From positions 27,263 through 91,262 of the forward strand of contig CACODD010000001.1 of assembly GCA_902625895.1 (NCBI GenBank): a stretch of DNA of 64,000 bases. The letters are read 5' to 3'. How positions within the stretch are numbered: position 1 is the stretch's first letter; each line of letters opens with the position of its first letter. Source of the stretch: an uncultured Alphaproteobacteria bacterium. Lineage in GTDB: Bacteria > Pseudomonadota > Alphaproteobacteria > Methylaequorales > Methylaequoraceae. A model generated the notes under the pieces. It ran no database searches. It saw only the letters and a list, made by a program, of their open reading frames with translations, and was not told where the DNA came from. The translations under genes were made by a program, and so were the position numbers. This document shows positions 50,436-60,169 of the stretch, in pieces.

Positions 50436-50621
50436 ATGAGTTACTTTGTCGTAGGTGGACTTTATAAAAACACATCTTTCAATGAATTTGTAGATGATTC
50501 TAAAAAAGAAAGGTATGGTCCTTTCGAATCTTATGAAGATGCAAAAAAATATTGGGAAAAAATTTCATGGGAAAACGTAGATAATTGTAATGTAAGATAT
50601 ATAATTTTACCTCACAGATAG
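50436..50621 (+). CDS. DUF4170-like small protein
   Basis: 61 aa. YFVVGGLYKNTSF....YGPFESYEDAKKYW....WENVDNCNVRYIIL matches my recollection of the alphaproteobacterial DUF4170 pattern; unverified. Confidence 0.55.
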   Translation: MSYFVVGGLYKNTSFNEFVDDSKKERYGPFESYEDAKKYWEKISWENVDNCNVRYIILPHR

Positions 50622-51475
50622 TTCTGCAGAATTATTAGAAAAGCAATAATCCCGCCAGTTTTAACATTTGATTTGAATATCTTATTAATTTCTATTCCAT
50701 TTTCAAAATCTAGAAACTGTTTTATGAGCAACGAAAATACGATTAAACTTGAGACCACACTTAAAAAAGTATTAGCGTAAGTTTCAAAAAAAAATATCGA
50801 AAAAAAGATTGAACTTAATACGTATATTAGACATAAAGATTTTCTTTTTTTTTCAAAGAGGATTGCCAAAGACTTTAAACCTATTGTTTTATCTCCTTTT
50901 ATATCTTGAAAACCATAAACTGTGTCGTATGCTGTTGTAAGAAAAACGCCAGCAAAATATAAATACAATATTGATAAATTAAAATTTTCAGTTTGACTCT
51001 GATATCCAACTAAAACACCCCAATTAAAAGCTAATCCTAAAATTATTTGAGGAAAATAAGTAAATCTTTTGAATAGAGGGTAGGTTAAAACTAAAGGCAT
51101 AATCATCAAACTTAAAATTATTACATTTGTTTCAAATTGTAACAGAATAATCAAACCTAAAAGCAACTGAAATAAAGTAAAAATTATTGATTCAATGACA
51201 TTTAATGAACCTGATGCAAGTGGTCTTTTTTTTGTCCTTTTGATTTTTCTATCAAAATCTCTATCAAAAATGTCATTAATACAACAACCAGCTCCTCTCA
51301 TTACAAATGAACCCAAGGTGAAAAGAATTAGGCACTGGAGCAAACTATAGTTAAGATTAGAAATTGATAAAGCTCCCCAATAACAGGGCCACATAAGTAG
51401 ATACGCTCCTACGGGGTTATTATATCGTCCGAGAATTAATAAATTCTTGCTTTTTTTTGTAATTTTTTTAAACAT
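50612..51475 (-). CDS. ubiA: 4-hydroxybenzoate polyprenyltransferase
   Basis: The track ORF starts at 51508. The ATG at 51475 gives a typical N-terminus MFKKITKKSKNLLILGRYNNPVGAYLLMWPCYWG. Asp-rich motif NDIFDRDFDRKIKRTKKRPLASG. Confidence 0.87.
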   Translation of the reverse strand: MFKKITKKSKNLLILGRYNNPVGAYLLMWPCYWGALSISNLNYSLLQCLILFTLGSFVMRGAGCCINDIFDRDFDRKIKRTKKRPLASGSLNVIESIIFTLFQLLLGLIILLQFETNVIILSLMIMPLVLTYPLFKRFTYFPQIILGLAFNWGVLVGYQSQTENFNLSILYLYFAGVFLTTAYDTVYGFQDIKGDKTIGLKSLAILFEKKRKSLCLIYVLSSIFFSIFFFETYANTFLSVVSSLIVFSLLIKQFLDFENGIEINKIFKSNVKTGGIIAFLIILQNYL

Positions 51476-51500
51476 TATGCTCAAATCTTCATATAAAGTT

Positions 51501-52205
51501 ATGCCCAAAATTAGAATATACTTTGAAAAAAAAATTGTAAAAGATCATAAAATTTTACTTGATTCAAAACAAATGCATTATCTCAAAAATGTTATGAGAA
51601 AGAGAACTGGAGATTCTATAATTGCATTTAATTCTAATTATGAATGGGAGTGTAAGCTTGATTTAAATGTTGAAAAGTCGATAATACCTGTAAATTTAGT
51701 AAGGAAAAAAATTATTTTACCTGACATCTGGCTTTGTTTTGCTTTGATAAAAATTAAAAATATGAATAATCTTGTTGAAAAAATTTCTGAAATTGGAGTA
51801 AAGAAAATCGTACCAATGTTTAGCGAGTTCTCTTCTAGAATCCAAATAAATATTAACAGATTTAAAAAAATATCAATTGAAGCTGTTGAGCAAAGTGATT
51901 CATTATCTTTACCTGAAATATCTCATCCTGTTTCCTTACCCGAGCTTCTTGAAGACTGGGATAACGAAAGGATTATATTTTTGTGTGATGAAACAGGTGG
52001 AAATCAAATATTGAGTGCGAAAAAAATTATTAAAGAATACAAAAAATTTGCAATTTTTATTGGCCCAGTAGGTGGTTGGTCTTTTGCGGATAGGGAACAT
52101 TTTAAGGATAAAAAAGCTTATAAAATAAGTCTAGGAAACAACATTTTAAAAGCTGACACGGCAGCAATATATTCTTTATCATGTGTAAGGGCTTTGCTAG
52201 AGTGA
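51501..52205 (+). CDS. rsmE: 16S rRNA (uracil1498-N3)-methyltransferase RsmE
   Basis: The track ORF begins at TTG 51447. ATG 51501 gives the canonical MPKIRIYF.. start. SPOUT C-terminal GPVGGWS..E.. motif. Confidence 0.85.
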   Translation: MPKIRIYFEKKIVKDHKILLDSKQMHYLKNVMRKRTGDSIIAFNSNYEWECKLDLNVEKSIIPVNLVRKKIILPDIWLCFALIKIKNMNNLVEKISEIGVKKIVPMFSEFSSRIQININRFKKISIEAVEQSDSLSLPEISHPVSLPELLEDWDNERIIFLCDETGGNQILSAKKIIKEYKKFAIFIGPVGGWSFADREHFKDKKAYKISLGNNILKADTAAIYSLSCVRALLE

Positions 52206-53539
52206 CAGAAGTTTTAAGTAAAGAAAATTTGATTGCTAAATTGTCAAGCGGATGCAAGGCTAAAGAAGATTGGAGGATTGGAACCGAACATGAGAAATTT
52301 GGTTTTAAAAAAAAAGATCTCAGACCAATTACTTTCGACGAGATTCAGAAAATATTTAGTGAATTATGTTCAAAGTACAAATGGCAAAAAATAATTGAAG
52401 ACAAAAAAATTATCGGCTTGAAAAAAGATGCGACCTCAATCACTTTGGAGCCAGGTGGACAAATAGAACTATCTGGTGCACCAGTTAAAAATTTATTTGA
52501 AACATGCAAAGAAGTGAATTTACACCAAGATGAGCTTAATGCTGTTTGCAGAAATTATGAAATCGAGTTTATGGGAATTGGAGTGCTTCCAAAATGGAAA
52601 TTATCTGACCTTAAACTAGTGCCAAAAAAAAGATACGAAATAATGAGTAAATATATGCCACTAGTTGGAGAAATGGGTTTAGATATGATGAAAAGGACAA
52701 CCACCATTCAGGCCAATTTTGACTTTGAATCTGAGTCTGATATGAAAAAAAAGTTTAGAGTAGCTCAATCCATTCAGCCTGTAATAATTGCTTTATATGC
52801 AAACTCGCCATTTATTGAAGGCAAACTCACAGAATTTCTTAGTTACAGATCTCATATATGGACTAAAACAGATAATGATAGGTGCGGGCTTCTGCCTTTT
52901 ATTTATGAGGATGATTTTTCGTTTGAGAGATATGTTGACTATCTTCTTGATGTTCCAATGTATTTTATAGTAAGAGATAACAAATATATAGATTTTTCAG
53001 GAAAAAATTTCAAACAATTTTTAGAAAATAAAATTAAATTAGATAAATCAATAGAACCAGAAATGAAAGACTGGGAAATTCATTTAACTACTGTTTTTCC
53101 AGAAGTTAGACTGAAATCATTTATAGAACTTAGAGGTGCAGATGGAGGACCGTGGTCTAGAGTTTGTGCACTTCCCGCATTTTGGACAGGAATTTTATAT
53201 GATGAAGAAATACTTGATCAAGTATCTAATATGATTAAATCTTGGAATTATGAGCAGGTTAAAAACTTCTATAAAGAAGTAAGAATTAATGGGTTTAATT
53301 CTTTTACCCCGGACAGAGAGAATTTAAAGAATTTCTCGAAAAAAATAATAGATTTATCATTAATTGGACTTAAAAAAAGAAATATAGAAAATTCTGGGAA
53401 AACTGAAGATTACTTTCTGGCACCTCTTATCGAAATAATAAATTCTGGAGAATCACCAGCGGAAAAATGGAAAAAATTATATTTAAATCAATGGTCTAAT
53501 AATATTGATATGCTATATACAAATAATTATTTTAAATAA
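52181..53539 (+). CDS. gshA: Glutamate-cysteine ligase, GCS2 (plant/alphaproteobacterial) type
   Basis: 452 aa; ..WRIGTEHEKFGF.. and ..EPGGQIELSGAP.. motifs. ATG 52181 overlaps rsmE by 25 nt. An alternative GTG at 52202 forms a GTGA start/stop overlap. Confidence 0.82.
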   Translation: MCKGFARVTEVLSKENLIAKLSSGCKAKEDWRIGTEHEKFGFKKKDLRPITFDEIQKIFSELCSKYKWQKIIEDKKIIGLKKDATSITLEPGGQIELSGAPVKNLFETCKEVNLHQDELNAVCRNYEIEFMGIGVLPKWKLSDLKLVPKKRYEIMSKYMPLVGEMGLDMMKRTTTIQANFDFESESDMKKKFRVAQSIQPVIIALYANSPFIEGKLTEFLSYRSHIWTKTDNDRCGLLPFIYEDDFSFERYVDYLLDVPMYFIVRDNKYIDFSGKNFKQFLENKIKLDKSIEPEMKDWEIHLTTVFPEVRLKSFIELRGADGGPWSRVCALPAFWTGILYDEEILDQVSNMIKSWNYEQVKNFYKEVRINGFNSFTPDRENLKNFSKKIIDLSLIGLKKRNIENSGKTEDYFLAPLIEIINSGESPAEKWKKLYLNQWSNNIDMLYTNNYFK

Positions 53540-53542
53540 TTT

Positions 53543-53830
53543 ATGAACAAATCTGAAAAAATAAGAAGTATAAGAACAAAAATAGATGAGATAGACCTTA
53601 AAATTCTCAACTTAATTTCTGAAAGAAAAGATCTTGTAACTGAAATTGTCAAATTTAAAAATAGAAATCAAATTATTGATCAAGAAAGAATTTCAAAGAT
53701 ATTAGAAAGTTTAGATTCTGAAGCATCTAAGAGAGGTATACCAAGAGAATTAGTTAGAAAGCTTTGGGAAGGTATGATTCAATCATTTATCTCATATGAG
53801 GAAGAATTATTTGATAAATCAAAGAATTAG
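53543..53830 (+). CDS. Chorismate mutase, AroQ class (monofunctional)
   Basis: 95 aa; IRSIRTKIDEIDLKILNLISERKDLVTEI helix pattern typical of AroQ. Confidence 0.75.
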   Translation: MNKSEKIRSIRTKIDEIDLKILNLISERKDLVTEIVKFKNRNQIIDQERISKILESLDSEASKRGIPRELVRKLWEGMIQSFISYEEELFDKSKN

Positions 53831-55230
53831 ATTGTTCCACCGACTGTTAAATTCTTAACTTTTAAACTTGGTTGACCTACTCCAACAGGAACACTTTGAC
53901 CCTCTTTACCACAGGTTCCAATACCGTCATCCAATTTTAAATTGTTGGCGACCATTGTAACTTCTTTAAGTATTTCAGGACCATTACCTATTAAAGTAGC
54001 TCCTTTTAATGGACTGCAAATTTTACCGTCTATTATTTCGTAAGCCTCTGATGCACTGAAAACAAATTTTCCAGAGGTGATATCAACTTGTCCACCGCTA
54101 AATTGAGATGCGTAAATTCCTTTTTTTGTAGATTTTATAAGTTCATCATGTTCATATTTACCATTTAACATATAGGTATTTGTCATCCTTGGCATTGGTA
54201 AGTGAGAATAACTTTGACGTCTTCCGTTTCCAGTTGGACTTTGATTCATTAATCCTGCATTTAATCGATCATGCATAAAACCTTTTAGTATACCATTTTC
54301 AATTAACATTGTGTTTTGAGAGGGTGTGCCTTCATCATCAATAGTTAGAGACCCTCTTCTTTTGTTAATAGTACCATCATCCACTACTGAAACTTGATCA
54401 GAAGCAATCTTGTTCCCAACAAGATCAAAAAAAGCAGAGGTTTTTTTTCTATTAAAGTCACCTTCAAGTCCGTGACCAATTGCTTCATGTAAAAGGATAC
54501 CTGGCCAGCCAGGTCCAAGAATTACAGTTTGTTCACCAGCTGGTGTTTCTTTTGCTGATAATTTTACTATTGCTTGTTCGTAGGCTTTTTCTACTCCGTT
54601 TTTCCAGTTACTTTCATTTAAAAGTTCATCGTATAAATATCTGCCACCCATTCCAAAAGAGCCAGTTTCTACTTTATTTTTTTTTTGAACTGTAATGTTT
54701 ATATTCATTCTTACTAAAGGCCTAGAGTCATAGAAAATATCTCCATTTTTTGTAATAACTTCTATATTTTGGTGATTACCGTTCAAACTTACTGAAACTT
54801 CTTTAACTCGTTCGTCAATTTTTCTTGCGAATGTATTAACTTTATTAAGAAAATTAATTTTTTGAGTTAAAGTCACTTTATCAATAGGGTTTTCATTTGT
54901 GTAAAGAGATAAATTACTGTTTAAACTTTTGAATTTAGGTGGATTGGGGTTTAATTTTTGTTGTTCTTTTACTGACTTCATTGCTTTTGAAAAAGCTTCG
55001 TCTGACAATTCAGTATTATGTGCGAAATTTACAGAATCATTGTTTACTGTTCTCAAACCAAACCCTTTATCCTGGTCATAACTTGCGTTTTTAATTTTAT
55101 TATCGTCAAAAAAAATATTTTCGGAGTAAACTTCTTCTACAAACAATTCTCCTTCGTTGAAATTATCTAATAATTCATTAACTGATGATTTTATTTTTTC
55201 TTCATTCCAGTCTTTTTTTATAGTTTTCAT
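53827..55230 (-). CDS. tldD: Metalloprotease TldD
   Basis: 467 aa; HExxxH motif (LHEAIGHGLEGD) and GxC motif near the C-terminus (GIGTCGK). Confidence 0.9.
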   Translation of the reverse strand: MKTIKKDWNEEKIKSSVNELLDNFNEGELFVEEVYSENIFFDDNKIKNASYDQDKGFGLRTVNNDSVNFAHNTELSDEAFSKAMKSVKEQQKLNPNPPKFKSLNSNLSLYTNENPIDKVTLTQKINFLNKVNTFARKIDERVKEVSVSLNGNHQNIEVITKNGDIFYDSRPLVRMNINITVQKKNKVETGSFGMGGRYLYDELLNESNWKNGVEKAYEQAIVKLSAKETPAGEQTVILGPGWPGILLHEAIGHGLEGDFNRKKTSAFFDLVGNKIASDQVSVVDDGTINKRRGSLTIDDEGTPSQNTMLIENGILKGFMHDRLNAGLMNQSPTGNGRRQSYSHLPMPRMTNTYMLNGKYEHDELIKSTKKGIYASQFSGGQVDITSGKFVFSASEAYEIIDGKICSPLKGATLIGNGPEILKEVTMVANNLKLDDGIGTCGKEGQSVPVGVGQPSLKVKNLTVGGTI

Positions 55231-55381
55231 TTTACCTCGATATTTAAGATTAACTGTAAATATATTAATGATTAAAAAAAAAACACTAATATATAATATA
55301 TGTAAAGAATTTTTATTAATTTTTAATGAATAATTATTTGTTTTTTTCTAAATGATCATTATATTAGGTTAATATTAATAT

Positions 55382-56200
55382 ATGTGTGGAATTATGAAAT
55401 TTTTTACTTTTTTATCATCTCTTTTTGCAGCTAATCAGATTTTTGCAAAAGGTCAACCCACCGAATGGCAGCTTGGTTTTCAAGAAGCAGGTTCACCTTT
55501 AATGCAACAATTAATCGATTTCCACGATTTTGTATTTTGGATAATAACAGCAATCACAGTATTTGTATTTTTTCTTCTAGCTTACGTTTGTATAAGATTT
55601 AGTGCGAAAAATAATAAAAAACCTTCAACAACAACTCACAATGCAACTTTAGAAATAGCTTGGACACTCATTCCTGTACTTCTTCTTGTTGTCATAGCTA
55701 TTCCTTCTTTTAGACTCTTGTATAATCAAAATGATTTCACGAACATCGATATGACCATTAAAGCAACAGGCTATACATGGTGGTGGGGATATGAATATCC
55801 AGATCACGACGGAATTACATTTGACTCAGTTATTGTTGAAGAGGATGAACTTGAAGAAGGACAACCCAGATTATTAACAACTGACTACGAACTTGTAGTT
55901 CCAGTTAATAAAAACATCAAAATGCAGATTACAAGTGATCCAGCTGGCGTCATTCACTCTTGGGCTGTTCCTTCACTTGGAGTAAAGATGGATGCGATCC
56001 CAGGCAGATTAAATGAAACCTACTTTAACATTAAAGAGCCAGGTATGTATTATGGTCAATGCTCTGAGTTATGTGGTGTAGGACACGGCTTTATGCCAAT
56101 CTCTATCAAAGCAGTCACGGAAGAAGAATTTGCTTCATGGGTTGAGACAGCTAAAGAAGAATTCGCAAGCGATAACAATAACAATTATGCAAAAAAATAA
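55382..56200 (+). CDS. coxB: Cytochrome c oxidase (aa3) subunit II
   Basis: 272 aa; two TM helices and a CuA centre HSWAVPSLGVKMDAIPGR ... CSELCGVGHGFMP. The start could be ATG 55382 or ATG 55394 (MKFFTF..). Confidence 0.94.
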   Translation: MCGIMKFFTFLSSLFAANQIFAKGQPTEWQLGFQEAGSPLMQQLIDFHDFVFWIITAITVFVFFLLAYVCIRFSAKNNKKPSTTTHNATLEIAWTLIPVLLLVVIAIPSFRLLYNQNDFTNIDMTIKATGYTWWWGYEYPDHDGITFDSVIVEEDELEEGQPRLLTTDYELVVPVNKNIKMQITSDPAGVIHSWAVPSLGVKMDAIPGRLNETYFNIKEPGMYYGQCSELCGVGHGFMPISIKAVTEEEFASWVETAKEEFASDNNNNYAKK

Positions 56201-56214
56201 GAAAGGTCTAAATT

Positions 56215-57777
56215 ATGTCAAGTCATGCACCATCTTTTTTTAAAAGATATTTTTTTTCAACCAACCATAAAGATATTGGTGTTCTTTATCTCGTATTCGC
56301 TATTATTGCTGGTCTTATTGGTGGTATTTTTTCTCTTTTAATAAGAATGGAATTGGCTGAACCTGGTATGCAAATACTCGGTGACGATTATCAAAGATAT
56401 AATGTATGGATTACAGCGCACGGCCTTCTTATGATATTCTTTATGATTATGCCAGCAATGGTGGGTGGTTTTGGAAACTATTTTGTTCCTCTACTTATCG
56501 GCGCACCTGACATGGCCTTTCCAAGGATGAATAATTTAAGCTTTTGGCTTCTTCCACCATCTATTATTTTACTTATTGGCTCCGCTTTTGTAGGCGATGG
56601 AGCAGGTCCTGGTTGGACGCTTTACGCTCCTCTGTCCACAAGTGGACATGGAGGACCAGCCGTTGATATGGCAATACTATCAATGCATCTAGCTGGAGCC
56701 TCTTCAATCTTAGGCGCAATTAACTTTATAACAACTATCTTCAATATGCGTGCACCTGGAATGACAATGCATAAAATGCCACTTTTTGCCTGGTCGATTT
56801 TGATAACTGCTTTTCTTTTATTGCTCTCACTTCCAGTTTTAGCAGGAGCAATCACTATGATGCTTACCGATAGAAACTTCGGAACAGCATTCTTTAACGC
56901 CGAAATGGGTGGTGACCCAATTCTTTTTCAGCATTTGTTTTGGTTCTTTGGTCACCCAGAAGTTTATATCCTAATTCTTCCTGGATTTGGAATAATCAGC
57001 CATGTTGTTTCAACTTTTTCAAAGAAACCTATTTTTGGTTACCTTGGTATGGCATATGCAATGGCCGCTATTGGGGTTGTGGGATTTGTTGTTTGGGCAC
57101 ACCACATGTATACAACAGGTTTGGACGTAGATACTAGAGCTTATTTTCTCGCGGCAACAATGGTCATAGCTGTTCCTACTGGTATTAAGATCTTCAGTTG
57201 GATTGCAACTATGTGGGGTGGATCGATTGAATTTAAAACTCCAATGTTATTTGCAATTGCGATGATATTTTTATTTACACTTGGTGGGGTAACAGGCGTG
57301 GTTCTTGCGAATACAGGTATTGATGTTGCACTTCACGATACTTACTATGTAGTCGCACACTTCCATTATGTTATGTCCATGGGCGCACTTTTCTCAATTT
57401 ATTCAGGCTTTTATTATTGGTTTAGCAAAATGTCAGGTATTGAATACAGTGAAATACTTGGTAAAATTCATTTTTGGTTAACATTTATAGGCGTAAATAT
57501 CACATTTTTTCCTATGCACTTCTCAGGCTTAGCCGGTATGCCACGAAGAATACCGGACTATCCTGATGCTTTTGCTGGCTGGAATTATGTATCAAGCATT
57601 GGTGCTTACATATCAGTTTTTGCTGCTTTTTTCTTTGTTTTCGTAATATTAGAAGCATACATGAGGTCGCGAAAAGCGCTAAAAAATCCATGGGGCAAGG
57701 GAGCTACTACTTTCGAATGGCAATTAAGTTCTCCTCCACCGTTCCATTCATTTGACGATTTGCCGAAAGTAAAGTAA
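56215..57777 (+). CDS. coxA: Cytochrome c oxidase subunit I
   Basis: 520 aa; heme-copper oxidase motifs [22 protein letters not shown] and [12 protein letters not shown]. Confidence 0.98.
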   Translation: MSSHAPSFFKRYFFSTNHKDIGVLYLVFAIIAGLIGGIFSLLIRMELAEPGMQILGDDYQRYNVWITAHGLLMIFFMIMPAMVGGFGNYFVPLLIGAPDMAFPRMNNLSFWLLPPSIILLIGSAFVGDGAGPGWTLYAPLSTSGHGGPAVDMAILSMHLAGASSILGAINFITTIFNMRAPGMTMHKMPLFAWSILITAFLLLLSLPVLAGAITMMLTDRNFGTAFFNAEMGGDPILFQHLFWFFGHPEVYILILPGFGIISHVVSTFSKKPIFGYLGMAYAMAAIGVVGFVVWAHHMYTTGLDVDTRAYFLAATMVIAVPTGIKIFSWIATMWGGSIEFKTPMLFAIAMIFLFTLGGVTGVVLANTGIDVALHDTYYVVAHFHYVMSMGALFSIYSGFYYWFSKMSGIEYSEILGKIHFWLTFIGVNITFFPMHFSGLAGMPRRIPDYPDAFAGWNYVSSIGAYISVFAAFFFVFVILEAYMRSRKALKNPWGKGATTFEWQLSSPPPFHSFDDLPKVK

Positions 57778-57801
57778 GTTACTGTCAACAAAGAGGAGAA
57801 T

Positions 57802-58716
57802 GTGTTGCAGTCCAAATCGTTGAAATACAACGCTCAAATTCTGGGTTCAAATGATAGTTCAGTTGGTGATTTTCTTTCTTTGCTAAAACCCAGGGTAATG
57901 ACACTTGCTGTATTTACATCAATTTGTGGCGTAGTACTTGCCCCACAAAGCATACATCCTTTCTTTTTTTTCATTTCAATACTCTGTATATCAATAGGAG
58001 CAGGTGCATCTGGTGCTATAAACATGTGGTATGATAGAGATATTGACTCTTTAATGGAGAGAACAAAAAAAAGACCGATTCCAATTGGAAAAGTTGAACC
58101 TCTTGACGCACTGGGTTTCGGAGTTGTGTTGTCAGTTATTTCGACGATTGTTTTAGGTCTTGCTGTAAACTACAAAGCAGCCTTCCTTTTAGCTTTTTCG
58201 ATTTTTTTTTACATATTTGTATACACTGTATGGCTTAAAAGAAGAACTTCTCAAAATATTGTAATTGGAGGTGCAGCGGGAGCTTTCCCTCCAGTGATTG
58301 GTTGGGTTTGCTCAGCCAATGATATTAGTTTCTTTCCGATCTTGTTATTTTGCATTATATTTTTTTGGACTCCGCCACATTTTTGGGCACTAGCGCTGTA
58401 TAAAGATATAGAATATTCCAAAGCTAACGTTCCGATGCTTCCAGTTGTTAAGGGAAAAAGAGTAACTAAAAATCAGATTATGATATATGCTATTATTTTG
58501 TTTTTGGTTTCACTTATGCCATACATTTTAAGTTATTCAGGGCTATTTTTTCTTAGTTCTGCTCTGATATTAAACATTTATTTTTGCTATTTATCTTTTA
58601 GATTACTCAGGAGTAAAGATTCGAAACACTCAGGTTTTGCGCCAAAATTATTCAAATTTTCAATTTTATATTTATATTTGATCTTTTCTTCGCTTGTTGT
58701 TGATTCACTATTTTAA
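57802..58716 (+). CDS. ctaB: Protoheme IX farnesyltransferase (heme O synthase)
   Basis: 304 aa; UbiA-superfamily motif NMWYDRDIDSLMERTKKRPIP. GTG start preceded by the SD-like AAGAGGAG. Confidence 0.92.
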   Translation: MLQSKSLKYNAQILGSNDSSVGDFLSLLKPRVMTLAVFTSICGVVLAPQSIHPFFFFISILCISIGAGASGAINMWYDRDIDSLMERTKKRPIPIGKVEPLDALGFGVVLSVISTIVLGLAVNYKAAFLLAFSIFFYIFVYTVWLKRRTSQNIVIGGAAGAFPPVIGWVCSANDISFFPILLFCIIFFWTPPHFWALALYKDIEYSKANVPMLPVVKGKRVTKNQIMIYAIILFLVSLMPYILSYSGLFFLSSALILNIYFCYLSFRLLRSKDSKHSGFAPKLFKFSILYLYLIFSSLVVDSLF

Positions 58717-58805
58717 TGAAAAAAAATAAAAAAAATATAGCTTTAGGACTGGCTTTGTTTTTGTTAGCCACCATATTTTACTTTATAACAGTTTTAAAAT
58801 TTTAA
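58716..58805 (+). CDS. Small (29-aa) single-pass membrane protein ORF between ctaB and ctaG
   Basis: Below the ORF-track cutoff. Sequence is ATG..TAA = MKKNKKNIALGLALFLLATIFYFITVLKF. Its ATG shares an A with the ctaB TAA (TAATG), and its stop lies 1 nt before the ctaG ATG. The basic N-terminus plus hydrophobic helix looks like a genuine TM peptide. Confidence 0.45.
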   Translation: MKKNKKNIALGLALFLLATIFYFITVLKF

Positions 58806-58806
58806 T

Positions 58807-59346
58807 ATGATAGCAAGAAATCAAAATAAAAAAGTTAAACAAGCTTTTTACCTATTGGCATTTGCCTTTGGAATGTTGGCATTGAGTTATGCAGCAGTCC
58901 CACTCTATAAAATTTTTTGTAAAGTTACAGGGTACGGAGGGACCCCTCAGATATCGGTTGAGAACGACAGTTTTAAAATTAAAGAAAAAATCGATGTTAG
59001 GTTCGACTCTACTATTGATAGAAATTCTGTTATTTCGTTCGAACCAGAGGTTAAAAAAATTGAAGTTCAAATTGGTGAAAACAGTTTAGCTTTTTTTAAT
59101 GCAAAAAATAATTCTGACAAACCCATTACAACTATGTCAGTTTTCAATGTTAGTCCTTTACAGGCTGGACAATATTTTAATAAAATTGAATGCTTTTGCT
59201 TCGAAGAGCAGGTTTTATCTGCAAATGAAGAGGTCAGTATGCCTGTATCTTTTTTTGTTGACGCTTCAATTAAAGATGATAAATTTATCAAAGATTTGCA
59301 GGAAATAACCCTCTCATATACAATGTATGTAAGAAAAAATGAGTGA
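58807..59346 (+). CDS. ctaG: Cytochrome c oxidase assembly (copper delivery) protein CtaG/Cox11
   Basis: 179 aa; N-terminal anchor, VPLYKIFCKVTGYGGT and copper-binding CFCFEEQ. Confidence 0.92.
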   Translation: MIARNQNKKVKQAFYLLAFAFGMLALSYAAVPLYKIFCKVTGYGGTPQISVENDSFKIKEKIDVRFDSTIDRNSVISFEPEVKKIEVQIGENSLAFFNAKNNSDKPITTMSVFNVSPLQAGQYFNKIECFCFEEQVLSANEEVSMPVSFFVDASIKDDKFIKDLQEITLSYTMYVRKNE

Positions 59347-60163
59347 TAATAATCAGAAACATCCCTATCATTTAGTTGATCCTAGTCCTTGGCCACTCGT
59401 AACCTCATTCTCAGCTTTAATAATGGCGATAGGGTTTGTGTTATTTATGCATGAAGGCAAAACTTTGGTCTTTACCATAGGGTCTGTAGCTGTTGTTTTA
59501 TCGAGTATTCTTTGGTGGAGAGATGTTGTTACTGAGTCAGAAGGTGGGGGATATCATAATAATGTTGTCCAAATTGGCCTTAGATATGGCATGATTCTTT
59601 TTATAATGTCTGAGGTTATGTTTTTTGCTGCTTGGTTTTGGGCATTCTTTGATGTTGCGTTTTATCCTGGTTCTGAAAGTCCAGAGCTTATAGGTCGACA
59701 AGATTCAATAGCTGGTGTTTTCCCTCCTGAGGACATTGAACTAATCTCGCCCTTCGGCATTCCGTTATTAAACACATTTATTTTGCTGGCATCCGGTGGA
59801 ACTATAACATGGGCGCATCACGCACTAAGGTCCAATGATAGAAAAAACTTTATGTTGTTTTTGTTGTTGACCATCATTTTAGGTTTAATTTTTACTGGTT
59901 TCCAAGCTTATGAATATAAAGTCGCCACCTTTGGAATTGAGGACGGTATTTATCCTTCAACATTTTACATGGCAACTGGATTTCACGGGTTTCATGTTAT
60001 AGTTGGTTCAATCTTTTTACTGGTTTGTTACTTCAGGGCATTGAAAGGTCATTTTAAACCTAACAAACATTTAGGTTTTGAATTTGCTGCTTGGTATTGG
60101 CATTTTGTAGACGTTGTCTGGTTGTTTCTATTCACATTTGTTTACTGGTGGGCTGCCGCATAA
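59339..60163 (+). CDS. coxC: Cytochrome c oxidase subunit III
   Basis: 274 aa; HPYHLVDPSPWP N-terminus, seven TM helices, ..GFHGFHVIVG.. and ..WYWHFVDVVWLFL... Confidence 0.95.
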   Translation: MSDNNQKHPYHLVDPSPWPLVTSFSALIMAIGFVLFMHEGKTLVFTIGSVAVVLSSILWWRDVVTESEGGGYHNNVVQIGLRYGMILFIMSEVMFFAAWFWAFFDVAFYPGSESPELIGRQDSIAGVFPPEDIELISPFGIPLLNTFILLASGGTITWAHHALRSNDRKNFMLFLLLTIILGLIFTGFQAYEYKVATFGIEDGIYPSTFYMATGFHGFHVIVGSIFLLVCYFRALKGHFKPNKHLGFEFAAWYWHFVDVVWLFLFTFVYWWAAA

Positions 60164-60169
60164 ACAAGA

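Noticed and set aside
55268-55333. 21-aa ORF (MIKKKTLIYNICKEFLLIFNE) in the tldD/coxB spacer as a possible upstream ORF or small protein
   Set aside because: No SD-like sequence or coupling context. The composition is what random AT-rich DNA yields, and nothing distinguishes it from chance.
55351-55360. 10-nt perfect palindrome AATGATCATT upstream of coxB, considered as a Fur, FNR/FixK or Irr operator
   Set aside because: It does not fit the FNR/FixK half-sites (TTGAT-N4-ATCAA) and matches a Fur box only partially. Short AT palindromes are expected by chance in a 151-nt AT-rich spacer. It would be worth revisiting only if conserved in relatives.
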